A stretch of DNA of 64,000 nt. It comes from Alphaproteobacteria bacterium UBA6324. GTDB lineage: Bacteria > Pseudomonadota > Alphaproteobacteria > CAAGCB01 > CAG-977. The DNA is taken from assembly GCA_002439085.1 (NCBI GenBank), contig DJSW01000029.1:70114-134113 (forward strand), written 5' to 3'. The notes under the pieces are model-generated. The model did no database searches, was not told where the DNA came from, and saw only the letters and a program-made list of their open reading frames with translations. Of the stretch, positions 8,930 through 18,368 are shown in pieces (position 1 is the first letter of the stretch; each line of letters starts with the position of its first letter). Both the position numbers and the translations under genes were made by a program.

Positions 8930-10144
8930 ATGCCCGCGAAAATCATCACTTTCGGCTGCCGTTTGAACACTTTTGAATCCGCCGCCATCGGTCAGGAACT
9001 GGAAAATTGCGGCCGCGACATTGTCGTCGTCAACACCTGCGCCGTCACGGGCGAAGCCGAACGCCAATGCCGCCAAGCCATCCGCAAAGCCAGACGCGAA
9101 TACCCCGACGCCTTTTTGGTCGTGACGGGATGCGCGGCGCAGGTTCACCCCGAACTGTACGCCCGTATGCCCGAAGTCGATCGCGTGCTGGGCAACCGCG
9201 AAAAGCTCGACCCGAAAAACTTTTTGCCGCAAAACGCCGCCGTCGCCGTGCGGGACATCGCCGAACCCGCGGACATCGCCGCCGCCGAACCCGTGTTTTT
9301 CGACGGACGGTGCCGCGCTTTCATCCAGATACAGCAGGGCTGCGACAACCACTGCACGTTTTGCATCATCCCGCAGGCGCGGGGAAAAAGCGTCTATCTG
9401 GACGCGGAAAAGATTTTGCATTACGCGCGCGCGCTGGTCGAAAAGGGGTACGCGGAAATCGGACTGACCGGCGTTGACATCACCGACTATCCCGACTTTG
9501 CCGGACTGGTCGCGGCGTTGATGAAAACAGACGGATTGAAACGCCTGCGGCTGGGGTCGCTGGATCCCGCGTGCTTAAGCGACAGGCTGATCGGCCTGTT
9601 CGGGGAATCGGACGTGTTGCAGCCGCACATCCACTTGTCCGTTCAATCCGGCGACAACATGGTGTTGAAACGCATGGCGCGCCGCCATACGCGCGAAGAT
9701 GTCGCCGCGTTGTGCGAAAAGGTACGCGCCGTCCGCCCCGACGTTGTTTTCGGCGCGGATTTCATCACGGGATTTCCCACGGAAACCGACGCGATGTTCA
9801 ACAACACGGTCGATCTGGTCGAACGGGCGAACATCACGCACCTGCACGTTTTCCCCTATTCCGAACGCAGCGGAACGCCCGCCGCGAAAATGCCGCAAGT
9901 CCCCGTCCCCGTCCGCAAAGAGCGCGCCAAAATCCTGCGCGAAGCCGGAGAACGCTTGCTTTTTGATTATATGCAAGGCAGAATAGACTCTACGGCCGTT
10001 GTTTTGTACGAAGCGGATCAAAAAGGGTTGTGCGAACACTACCTGCCTGTTCACATCGACGGCGATTTCACCGCGGGGCAATTCGTCCCCGTGCGTTTGA
10101 CGGGCGTCCGTCAGGCGGGTGTTTTTGAAGGGAGCGCGATTTAA
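8930..10144 (+). CDS. mtaB: MiaB-like tRNA methylthiotransferase (MtaB/RimO family, radical SAM)
   Basis: The N-terminal MTTase domain is present (IITFGCRLNTFES), together with the radical-SAM CxxxCxxC motif (CDNHCTFCIIP) and a TRAM-like C-terminus. Confidence 0.8.
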   Translation: MPAKIITFGCRLNTFESAAIGQELENCGRDIVVVNTCAVTGEAERQCRQAIRKARREYPDAFLVVTGCAAQVHPELYARMPEVDRVLGNREKLDPKNFLPQNAAVAVRDIAEPADIAAAEPVFFDGRCRAFIQIQQGCDNHCTFCIIPQARGKSVYLDAEKILHYARALVEKGYAEIGLTGVDITDYPDFAGLVAALMKTDGLKRLRLGSLDPACLSDRLIGLFGESDVLQPHIHLSVQSGDNMVLKRMARRHTREDVAALCEKVRAVRPDVVFGADFITGFPTETDAMFNNTVDLVERANITHLHVFPYSERSGTPAAKMPQVPVPVRKERAKILREAGERLLFDYMQGRIDSTAVVLYEADQKGLCEHYLPVHIDGDFTAGQFVPVRLTGVRQAGVFEGSAI

Positions 10145-10147
10145 ACC

Positions 10148-11080
10148 ATGACCGGTTGGCTGGAACGGATAAAACAAGGATTGTCGCGCACGGCCGCGCC
10201 GCTGGTTTCCGGCATCGGCGGATTGCTGACCAAACGCCGGTTGGACAAAGACACTTTGCAGGATATCGAAGACCTGCTGATTATGGCCGATGTCGGCACG
10301 AAAACGGCGGCGGCGATGACGGCCGAGCTGGCCAAGGACAAATTCGACAAGGAAACGACGGACGAAGAAGTGCGCGCATTTTTCGCCGATAGAATCGCGC
10401 GGAAACTGGAACCTTTCGCCAAACCGCTGGCTGTCGATCCGGACAAAAAACCGTTTGTCATCCTGATGGTTGGCGTCAACGGCGCGGGCAAAACGACGAC
10501 GATCGGCAAAATGGCGCGGCAGATGAAGGAAAAAGGCTTGAAAATCAGCTTCGCCGCCGCCGACACGTTCCGCGCGGCCGCGGTTGAACAGCTGAAAGTC
10601 TGGGGCGAACGGACGGGATGTCCCGTCGTTTCCAAACCGACGGGGGCGGACGCCGCGGGGTTGGTGTTCGACGCTTTGGCCGCGGCGAAAAAAAACGGCG
10701 ACGACGTTTTGTTCATCGACACGGCCGGACGGCTGCAAAACAAATCCGAATTGATGGAAGAGCTGCAGAAAATCGTCCGCATCATCAAAAAACAAATTCC
10801 GGACGCTCCCCACGCCTGCCTGCAGGTGCTGGACGCCACCGTCGGCCAGAACGCGCATTCGCAGGTCAAACTGTTTTCCCAAGCCGTCCCCGTCACGGGA
10901 TTGATCCTGACCAAACTGGACGGCACGGCCAAAGGCGGCGTCGCCGTGGCTTTGGCGGACGAATTCAAACTGCCGTTGCACCTGATCGGGGTCGGCGAAC
11001 AAATAACGGATCTGCACCCGTTCAAGGCGCGCGATTACGCCGCGTCCCTGATGGGGTTGCCGGTAAAGGAGGATGAATGA
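10148..11080 (+). CDS. ftsY: Signal recognition particle receptor FtsY
   Basis: The SRP-GTPase NG domain is present: the P-loop VNGAGKTTTIGKMA, DTAGRLQNK and LTKLDGTAKGG motifs. Confidence 0.9.
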   Translation: MTGWLERIKQGLSRTAAPLVSGIGGLLTKRRLDKDTLQDIEDLLIMADVGTKTAAAMTAELAKDKFDKETTDEEVRAFFADRIARKLEPFAKPLAVDPDKKPFVILMVGVNGAGKTTTIGKMARQMKEKGLKISFAAADTFRAAAVEQLKVWGERTGCPVVSKPTGADAAGLVFDALAAAKKNGDDVLFIDTAGRLQNKSELMEELQKIVRIIKKQIPDAPHACLQVLDATVGQNAHSQVKLFSQAVPVTGLILTKLDGTAKGGVAVALADEFKLPLHLIGVGEQITDLHPFKARDYAASLMGLPVKEDE

Positions 11081-13884
11081 ACCGCGCGAAACAACTGGGG
11101 ACGGGCGTTTACATTTCGGTGCAGGAGGCCGCTCCCGCCGTTTTGCTGGTCTTGTGTTCGTTCTTCAAAACGTTCGCCGTCGCCGCCATGGACGCCGGAT
11201 CGTCCGTTTTGTTCCTGAACGCCTATGCCGGTCATTACATCGCGCAAACGTTCGTCGCGACAGCCGTTTTGCTGGCCGTTTTATGGCCGGCTCTGGCGTC
11301 GCTGCGGGGACGGAAAACCGCCGCGCCCGCCCTTGTTTCCGCCGCGGCCGCCATTGTCGGGCTGGTTTTGTACGCGGCCGTTTCGCTGTCGTCCGCCAAC
11401 GCGCCCCGCGCGTGCGCCATGGTGTTCAAGGACGCTTTCCGCGTCGTCGCCGAAACCGCGTTTTGGATCGCCGCGTACCGTTACGGCCTGTTCAATGCCA
11501 AAACCAAAACACTGACCGCCGTTTTAGGGGCGCAGGCTTTGGCCGCGTTCGCCGCCGGCGCGTTCATCCGCGGCTTTGCGCCGGAAACGTCCGTGCTGGC
11601 CGCTTCGCTGGCCGTGTTGACCGCCGCCGCTTTGCTGAAAGTGCTGATCGACAACGGGTCGGTGCCGATCGCCGAAAAAATCGCCGTCAAAAAACAACAG
11701 ATCCGCCGTTCCGGTTATGATACTGTGCAAAAACGGCTTTATCGGCGTTTTTACATTCTGGCCGGCGTTCTGTTTTTCGCCGCGGGCGTTTTCAACTATT
11801 ACTTTTTAAACCTCACCGCCCTGACGTTTGACGGCCAAACGGTTCAAATGACGCGGACATTCGGCGGGGTTTACGCGCTGTCCGGCATTTTGACCGCCGC
11901 TTTCATCGCGCTGGCGGCAAAAGGGACGGTGTCCGTTTTCACAATCCTGTACCTGTTCCCCGTGATTTTGCTGGCGGCGGCGGCCGGCGGGTGGTTCGCG
12001 ATGTTCCCCCTGATCGTCGCGGGCAAGGCTTTGCTGGAACTGACGGCGGGCGAAGCGCGCGAAACGACGTTGCAAACCGTTCCGTTGGCCGTGTCCCTGC
12101 GTTCCGGTTTCCGGACGACCGTGATCCGGAAATCGGCGGTTGAACCGCTGGCGTTGGCGTTGTGCGGCGCGTTTTTATGGTACGCGGAATCCCACATCAC
12201 GGAACAACGACTGATTTGTTTCATGGCAGTGCTGGCCGTCATTGTCGCCGGCGTCATTTACGCCGCGCGCGCGACATATCTGCGTTTGGTTTTGAACCAG
12301 TTGGAATCGCATTTATGGCGCGGCGGCCGTTTGATCCTGACAGGCAAGCGAATTAAAAAGTATTTGAAAAGCCGTCTGGACGGCCGCGATTCACAAGAAG
12401 TACTGTACGCTCTGCGCGTCATTGAGGAATCGCGTTCGCCGCTGTTCGTCCAAAGCCTGAAAACGGCTTTGCGCCACGAAAACGCCGACGTGCGGCTGTA
12501 CGCCCTGTCGCGCATCGAAAACGCGAAGCTAACAGCGGCCGTTGATGTCGTCCGCGACATGGCCGAAACGGATTTCAGCACCAAAGTCCGGCGGGAGGCA
12601 TGGCGCATCCTGTGCCGTCTGGGCAACGGCGACGACCGCGCGAAGGCCGTTTCCCTGCTGCCCGATCCCGATTTGTGCGAAGGTGTTTTGACCGGCCTGC
12701 TGGCCGCGGGGCGCGAAGGCGTCTTTTCCGCCATTGAACACGTCGCGGCGTTAAGCGTTTCATTCGACGCGCCGGCCAGATGTCTGGCGGCCAAAGTGTT
12801 GGGCAACGCGGGCAACACCGCTTTTTACCACCCGTTAAACGACCTGTTGAACGACGACGATCCGACGGTGTGCCGCGCGGCTTTGGACGCCGCCGGAAAG
12901 CTGCTGATAGTTCCGCTACTGCCCGCCGTGATGGAAACGTTCCGCTTTCCCGAATTGCGCGAAGACGGCGTGGCCGTTTTGCTGCAATATGGCGACAAAG
13001 CCTTGGGACAGATTGAAAAAGTGATGACGGACGCGCGCTATCCGGTTCAATTCCGGATGCTGCTGGCCAGAGTCGCCGGAAAAATCCCGTCCGTCGCGTC
13101 GGAAAAGCTGTTGTTCAAACATATCGGCATTGCCGACCGGCGCGTGCGTTTCAACGTATTGAAATCGTTGGTTCTTGGCGATTTCAAAGCCGCGGGTAAA
13201 AACGTCAGCGCGGTGCGCCTGTGCCTGTACGACGAAATCGAAACCGCGACAGGGTTGCTGGCCGCCATCGCCGTTTTGGACACGAACAAAAACGACGCGT
13301 TCACGCGCGCTTTGGACATTTTGAAATCCGCGCTGAACGGCGAAATCGAATACATCAAGGAACGCCTGTTGCTGCTGCTGGCTTTGCTGCAGCCGTCGCC
13401 CGCGATCAAAGAGCTGCTCGGCCGATACGACACGGCGCAGGACGACAACGGGGAAACCGTCAAAATCGTTGACCGCGTCCTGTCGGGCGAATTGCGGACG
13501 CTGTGCCTGCCTTTGTTTGAAAAAAAGACCGTGCGCGAAAAACTCGCCCTGCTGCGCCCGCATTTTTATCCGCCCGTTTTGTCCGTCGCCGGACACGTTT
13601 GCGACATTTTGAAAACGCCCGCCGGCGAATTGACCGATTGGACGCGGGCGTGCGCCGCCTGCGCCGCGGGAACGATCAAGGACAAAATGTTCATTGACGC
13701 TTTGGTCGTTTTGCTGACCGACGTCGATCCCATCGTGCGGGAAACGGCCGTCTGGGCGATCGGCGGGATTTTGCCCCGCGATGAAGCCGCCCGTTTGATT
13801 TCCGGCTGTCTGACCGACCCGTGCGCCCCCGTCGCCCGCATGGCGCGTTTCATCACGGACGGCGCGGGACATATCGCTTTTTAA
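11077..13884 (+). CDS. Membrane transporter-like domain (about 11 TM helices) fused to C-terminal HEAT/PBS-lyase-type repeats
   Basis: The ATG overlaps the ftsY stop (ATGA). The N-terminal roughly 420 aa are hydrophobic and polytopic. The C-terminal roughly 500 aa contain repeated DPxVRxxAxxALG motifs (DPTVCRAALDAAGKL, DPIVRETAVWAIGGI, ADVRLYALSRI), which are typical of HEAT repeats. Confidence 0.6.
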   Translation: MNRAKQLGTGVYISVQEAAPAVLLVLCSFFKTFAVAAMDAGSSVLFLNAYAGHYIAQTFVATAVLLAVLWPALASLRGRKTAAPALVSAAAAIVGLVLYAAVSLSSANAPRACAMVFKDAFRVVAETAFWIAAYRYGLFNAKTKTLTAVLGAQALAAFAAGAFIRGFAPETSVLAASLAVLTAAALLKVLIDNGSVPIAEKIAVKKQQIRRSGYDTVQKRLYRRFYILAGVLFFAAGVFNYYFLNLTALTFDGQTVQMTRTFGGVYALSGILTAAFIALAAKGTVSVFTILYLFPVILLAAAAGGWFAMFPLIVAGKALLELTAGEARETTLQTVPLAVSLRSGFRTTVIRKSAVEPLALALCGAFLWYAESHITEQRLICFMAVLAVIVAGVIYAARATYLRLVLNQLESHLWRGGRLILTGKRIKKYLKSRLDGRDSQEVLYALRVIEESRSPLFVQSLKTALRHENADVRLYALSRIENAKLTAAVDVVRDMAETDFSTKVRREAWRILCRLGNGDDRAKAVSLLPDPDLCEGVLTGLLAAGREGVFSAIEHVAALSVSFDAPARCLAAKVLGNAGNTAFYHPLNDLLNDDDPTVCRAALDAAGKLLIVPLLPAVMETFRFPELREDGVAVLLQYGDKALGQIEKVMTDARYPVQFRMLLARVAGKIPSVASEKLLFKHIGIADRRVRFNVLKSLVLGDFKAAGKNVSAVRLCLYDEIETATGLLAAIAVLDTNKNDAFTRALDILKSALNGEIEYIKERLLLLLALLQPSPAIKELLGRYDTAQDDNGETVKIVDRVLSGELRTLCLPLFEKKTVREKLALLRPHFYPPVLSVAGHVCDILKTPAGELTDWTRACAACAAGTIKDKMFIDALVVLLTDVDPIVRETAVWAIGGILPRDEAARLISGCLTDPCAPVARMARFITDGAGHIAF

Positions 13885-13896
13885 GGAGTACCGTTT

Positions 13897-14325
13897 ATGC
13901 TGTTGACGCTTGAAAAAGTATTGGTTTTAAAAAACGTGCCGCTGTTCGCCGGCATTCCCGAAGCCGCCCTGTCCGACATCGTCGCCGCGGCGGAGGAAAC
14001 GGCCGCCATGATCGGCGCGGACATCGTCAAGGCCGGCGAACCGTGGAACGATATGTACGTCATCCTGCAGGGGCAGGTCAGATTGCACAAAGATGGCAAA
14101 ACCGTCAAGGAATTGAACGCGTTGGACGTTTTCGGCGAACTGGCCGCGCTGGATCAAACGCCCGCGGACGTAACGGCGACGGCGGTCGAAGATGCGTCGT
14201 TTTTCAAAATATCCGGCACGGCGCTGTACCGCCTGATGAACGAACACAAGGCGTTGGAACGCAATATCATCAAAGATTTGTGCAAACGCATCCGCAAACT
14301 GCGCGCCGAACGGCAACAGGGGTGA
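13897..14325 (+). CDS. Stand-alone cyclic nucleotide-binding (cNMP/CAP-effector) domain protein
   Basis: AAGGAG Shine-Dalgarno sits 7 nt upstream. The 142-aa product reads LFAGIPEAALSDIV...GE..DMYVILQG...FGELAAL, which has the layout of a cNMP-binding beta-barrel. There is no HTH domain. Confidence 0.65.
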   Translation: MLLTLEKVLVLKNVPLFAGIPEAALSDIVAAAEETAAMIGADIVKAGEPWNDMYVILQGQVRLHKDGKTVKELNALDVFGELAALDQTPADVTATAVEDASFFKISGTALYRLMNEHKALERNIIKDLCKRIRKLRAERQQG

Positions 14326-14331
14326 ACCGCG

Positions 14332-14670
14332 CTATTTCCCGAACGAACCGACGGCGGATTTACTGACCAGCGATCCGCCCGATCCTTTTTGAGATGTCAG
14401 CAATTCCGTGATTTTCACGCCGATATATCCTTCGTCGGTGACGATCACTTCGCCCTTTGCGATAGGGATTTCGTTGGCCAGAATTTCAACGGGGTCGTTC
14501 AACAACTGGTTCAATTCGACGACCGCCCCGCGCCCCAGTTTCAGCAGCTGGTAAACACGCAACAGCGTGCGCCCCAAAACGACGGACAGATCAACGTTGA
14601 CCTCCATCAACGCTTCGTCGCCGAAAACGCGCTGCAACACGGTGTTGTCCGTTTCATCCATTTGTGTCAT
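14332..14670 (-). CDS. fliN: Flagellar motor switch protein FliN-like (SpoA/SctQ-C domain)
   Basis: The C-terminal roughly 75 aa (VNVDLSVVLGRTLLRVYQLLKLGRGAVVELNQLLNDPVEILANEIPIAKGEVIVTDEGYIGVKITEL) match the FliN/SpoA surface-presentation domain. The gene lies 15 nt downstream of yejF. Confidence 0.6.
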   Translation of the reverse strand: MTQMDETDNTVLQRVFGDEALMEVNVDLSVVLGRTLLRVYQLLKLGRGAVVELNQLLNDPVEILANEIPIAKGEVIVTDEGYIGVKITELLTSQKGSGGSLVSKSAVGSFGK

Positions 14671-14684
14671 CGTTTTTCCATCCG

Positions 14685-16268
14685 TTAATTGTCAAAGGCC
14701 GCCGCCATCAGCCGGCGGGTGTAGGGTTGCTGCGGGTTGTCGAACAAATCGGGGTTCGCGCCCGATTCGACGATCCGTCCGTCCTTCATCACATACACGT
14801 ATTCCGCCAACGCTTTGACGACGCGCATATCGTGGCTGATGAACAGATATGCCATATTATACCTTTTTTGCAGGTTTTTCAAAAGTTCTATCATGCGCGA
14901 CTGCACCGTCACGTCCAACGCGCTGGTCGGTTCGTCCAAAACGATCAGCCGCGGCTGCAAAACCAGCGCGCGCGCCAACGCGATCCGCTGACGCTGGCCG
15001 CCGGAAAACATATTGGGATAGCGGTTCAAAACGTCAACGTCCAACCCGACATCCTTGACCGCCTGTTCGACGGCGGCGCGTCTTTGGTCTTTGGACATAT
15101 CCTTGCGGTGGACGTTCAGCCCTTCGCCGACGATTTGCGCAACCGTCATCCGCGGACTGAGCGAGGAGTAGGGATCCTGAAAGACAATTTGCATCCGCGG
15201 GCGCAAACGGCGCAGTTTTTCACCTTTCAGCATTGAAACGTCCGTTTGGCCGAAAACGATTTCCCCCGTTGACGCCTGCAATTTCAACAGCGCGAACCCC
15301 AGCGTCGATTTGCCCGATCCGCTTTCCCCGACCAAACCGACGGCCTGCCCCTTTTTGATCGTCAGGGACACGCCGTCCACGGCGTTCAAAACGGACAAGG
15401 GTTTGCCGAACAGGCTTTTTTTCAACGGGAATGATACTCTGACATCCCGCGCCGACAGCAGCGTTTTCGCCTGTTCCGAGCAACGCACCGGCGCGCCGGA
15501 CGGTTTCGACGCGACCAGCATTTTCGTGTACGGATGCGTCGGATTGTTCAAAACGGTGGAACAATCGCCGCTTTCGACGATTTGCCCGTCTTTCATCACG
15601 CACACGCGGTCGGCGATCCGCGCGACAACGTCCAGATCGTGCGAAATGAACAACATCGCCAGCCCCAGCCGTTTTTGCAAAGACGACAGCAGTTTCAGAA
15701 TCTGCGCCTGCACCGTCACGTCCAGCGCCGTTGTCGGTTCGTCCGCGATCAGCAAATCGGGATCGTTGGCCAAAGCCATCGCGATCATCACGCGCTGGCG
15801 TTCCCCGCCGGACAATTCGTGCGGCAATGCGTCCAGCCTTTTTTCCGCATCGCGCAGCCCGACCGTTTTCAGCAATTCGACAACGCGGTCGCGCGCCTCT
15901 TGCGCCGTTGCGTCCGTGTGCAGCAGGATTGTTTCGGCGACCTGCCGTTCGATCGTGTGCAGCGGGTTCAGCGATGTCATCGGTTCTTGGAAAATCATGG
16001 CCGCGCGGCTGCCGCGAATATCGCGCAGGACGCAATCGTCCGCGCCGATCAGCTCGCGCCCGTCGAATTTGACCGATCCCGTCGGATGCGACGCGTGCGG
16101 ATAATCCAGCAACTGCAAAACCGACAGCGCCGTGACCGTCTTTCCCGATCCGCTTTCCCCGACCAAAGCCAGCGTTTCCCCTTTATTGATTTGAAACGAC
16201 ACACCGTTGACGACGGGCGGATTATTGCCGAACCGGACGGACAGGTTTTGAACGGACAGCAAGCTCAT
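14685..16268 (-). CDS. yejF: Peptide/microcin-C-type ABC transporter, fused double ATP-binding protein (YejF-like)
   Basis: Two Walker A boxes (GESGSGKT twice), two LSGGQRQR signatures, and oligopeptide-ABC C-terminal extensions. Confidence 0.8.
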   Translation of the reverse strand: MSLLSVQNLSVRFGNNPPVVNGVSFQINKGETLALVGESGSGKTVTALSVLQLLDYPHASHPTGSVKFDGRELIGADDCVLRDIRGSRAAMIFQEPMTSLNPLHTIERQVAETILLHTDATAQEARDRVVELLKTVGLRDAEKRLDALPHELSGGERQRVMIAMALANDPDLLIADEPTTALDVTVQAQILKLLSSLQKRLGLAMLFISHDLDVVARIADRVCVMKDGQIVESGDCSTVLNNPTHPYTKMLVASKPSGAPVRCSEQAKTLLSARDVRVSFPLKKSLFGKPLSVLNAVDGVSLTIKKGQAVGLVGESGSGKSTLGFALLKLQASTGEIVFGQTDVSMLKGEKLRRLRPRMQIVFQDPYSSLSPRMTVAQIVGEGLNVHRKDMSKDQRRAAVEQAVKDVGLDVDVLNRYPNMFSGGQRQRIALARALVLQPRLIVLDEPTSALDVTVQSRMIELLKNLQKRYNMAYLFISHDMRVVKALAEYVYVMKDGRIVESGANPDLFDNPQQPYTRRLMAAAFDN

Positions 16269-17281
16269 TTGTTTTTCCTCGGATCAAAGGCGTCGCGCGC
16301 GGCTTCGCCGATAAACACCAGCACGGTCAGCAAAAAGGCCAGCGACACAAACGCCGCGGCCGCCAGCCACGGCGCCTGCAGGTTTTCTTTGCCCTGACGC
16401 ACCAAATCGCCCAGCGACGGCGCGCCCGCCGGCATCCCGAACCCCAGAAAATCCAACGCCGTCAGCGACACGACCGCGCCCGACAGAATGAACGGCAGAT
16501 AGGTCAGCGTCGCCACCATCGCGTTGGGGAACACGTGGCGGAAAATGATGACGAAATCCGGCGTTCCCATTGCGTAAGCCGCCTTGACGTAATCGAAATT
16601 GCGGGCGCGCAGAAATTCGGCGCGCACCACGGGAACCAGCGTCGTCCATGAAAACAGCAACAAAACGAACAGCAGCGTCCAAAATCCGGGGGCGATGATG
16701 CTGGAAACAATGATCAAAACGAACAGCTGGGGCAGCGATCCCCAGATTTCCAAAAACCGCTGGGCGAACAAATCGACTTTGCCGCCGAAATACCCCTGCA
16801 CCGCGCCGGCGAAAATGCCGATCGCCGACGACAGCGCCGTCAAAATCAGCCCGAAAAACAGCGACGACCGCGTCCCGTAAATCAGCCGAGCCAACACGTC
16901 GCGCCCCAAATCATCCGTCCCCAACCGGTTTTCACGACTTGGCGCCGACGGGGCGGGCGACGGCAGGTTGTAATTGATCGTGTCATAGCTGAACGGAACG
17001 GGCGGCATGATGAAAAACCCTTTTTTATTGATGCGGTTCTGCACATAGGGATCCCTGTAATCCGCCGCGGTTTTGAACTTTCCGCCGAACGTCGTTTCCG
17101 GATATTCGTGAAAGATCGGAAAATACCACCCGCCGTCGTACCGCACGACCAGCGGTTTGTCGTTCGCGATGAAACCGGCGGCCGAAACGAACGCCAAAAT
17201 CACGCAAAACAGGATGAAAGCGTAAAATCCGCGCCGGTTCGATTTGAATTTGCGCCAACGTTCACGGTTGCGTTCATTCAT
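16265..17281 (-). CDS. yejE: ABC transporter permease (YejE-like, OppC/DppC family)
   Basis: Polytopic permease with the binding-protein-dependent transport EAA-like loop. It overlaps yejF by 4 nt. Confidence 0.75.
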   Translation of the reverse strand: MNERNRERWRKFKSNRRGFYAFILFCVILAFVSAAGFIANDKPLVVRYDGGWYFPIFHEYPETTFGGKFKTAADYRDPYVQNRINKKGFFIMPPVPFSYDTINYNLPSPAPSAPSRENRLGTDDLGRDVLARLIYGTRSSLFFGLILTALSSAIGIFAGAVQGYFGGKVDLFAQRFLEIWGSLPQLFVLIIVSSIIAPGFWTLLFVLLLFSWTTLVPVVRAEFLRARNFDYVKAAYAMGTPDFVIIFRHVFPNAMVATLTYLPFILSGAVVSLTALDFLGFGMPAGAPSLGDLVRQGKENLQAPWLAAAAFVSLAFLLTVLVFIGEAARDAFDPRKNK

Positions 17282-18368
17282 GGCGGCCTCCGAAATCTAT
17301 GCGCGGATCGACCAGATGATACGTCATGTCGCAAATCAGGTTCAGCACCAGCCCGATCAATCCGAAAATGTACAGCGTCCCGAAAATCACGGGATAATCG
17401 CGGGTCATGACGGATTCAAAGCCCAGCAGCCCCAACCCGTCCAATGAAAACACGACTTCGATCAGCACCGACCCCGTGAACAGCATTCCGACCAGAACCG
17501 CCGGAAAACCGGCCAGAACGATCAGCATCGCGTTGCGGAACACATGGCCGTACAAAACGGCCGTGTTGTCCAATCCCTTGGCCTTGGCGGTCAGGACGTA
17601 CTGTTTTGAAATCTCTTCCAAAAACGAATTTTTGGTCAGCATGGTCAGCCCCGCGAAACCGCCCGCGACCATCGACCCGACGGGCAGAACCAGATGCCAC
17701 AGGTAATCCTTGACCTTGTCAACCGTCCCCATTTGATCCCAGTTTTCCGAAAACAGTCCGCGCAGGGGAAACACGTTCCAATACCGCCCGCCGCAAAACA
17801 AAACGATCATCGCCATCGCGAACAAAAAGGCGGGAACCGCGTATCCGACAATGACCGCCCAGCTGGTCGCCGCGTCGAATTTCGACCCGTCGCGCACGGC
17901 TTTGGCGATGCCCAGCGGCACGGAAACCAGATAGATGATCAGCGTCGTCCACACCCCCAGCGAAACCGACACGGGCATTTTTTCGCGGATCAGATCCGTC
18001 ACGGGCACGTCGCGGTAAAAGCTTTTGCCGAAATCGAAACGCAGGTAGTTTTTCATCATGGTGAAAAACCGCGCGTGCAAAGGTTTGTCGAATCCGAACT
18101 GAACCTCCAATTCCCTGATCAAAGCGGGATCTAGCCCCTGCGCGCCGCGGTATTTCGATTGCACCGCGAAATCCTGCCGCCCCGTTCCCGCGCCGATCAT
18201 GCCGCCGTCGCCGATCGTTTTTCCCGCGCCCTGCCCGCTTTGCAGTTTCGCGACGACCTGTTCGACGGGCCCGCCCGGGGCCAGCTGGACGAACAGGAAA
18301 TTCACGGCCATGATGCCGAACAGGGTCAACGGGATCAAAGCTAGACGGCGGATGAAATAACGCAGCAT
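17274..18368 (-). CDS. yejB: ABC transporter permease (YejB-like, OppB/DppB family)
   Basis: The N-terminus MLRYFIRRLALIPLTLFG is typical of OppB-family permeases. The ATG overlaps the yejA stop (TGATG). Confidence 0.75.
   Translation of the reverse strand: MLRYFIRRLALIPLTLFGIMAVNFLFVQLAPGGPVEQVVAKLQSGQGAGKTIGDGGMIGAGTGRQDFAVQSKYRGAQGLDPALIRELEVQFGFDKPLHARFFTMMKNYLRFDFGKSFYRDVPVTDLIREKMPVSVSLGVWTTLIIYLVSVPLGIAKAVRDGSKFDAATSWAVIVGYAVPAFLFAMAMIVLFCGGRYWNVFPLRGLFSENWDQMGTVDKVKDYLWHLVLPVGSMVAGGFAGLTMLTKNSFLEEISKQYVLTAKAKGLDNTAVLYGHVFRNAMLIVLAGFPAVLVGMLFTGSVLIEVVFSLDGLGLLGFESVMTRDYPVIFGTLYIFGLIGLVLNLICDMTYHLVDPRIDFGGRHE

Noticed and set aside
9575-11017. 480-aa minus-strand ORF antisense to mtaB/ftsY, plus many similar long antisense ORFs (for example 18389-20224 +, 27220-28896 +, 28916-30244 +, 31319-32719 -, 49263-51389 -, 54158-55705 -, 59025-60587 +, 12916-13872 -, 22838-23935 -)
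   Set aside because: All lie opposite genes with clear conserved-family motifs. They have Arg/Gly/Pro-rich low-complexity translations typical of stop-codon-poor antisense frames in GC-rich DNA. None has a recognisable domain or a Shine-Dalgarno sequence.
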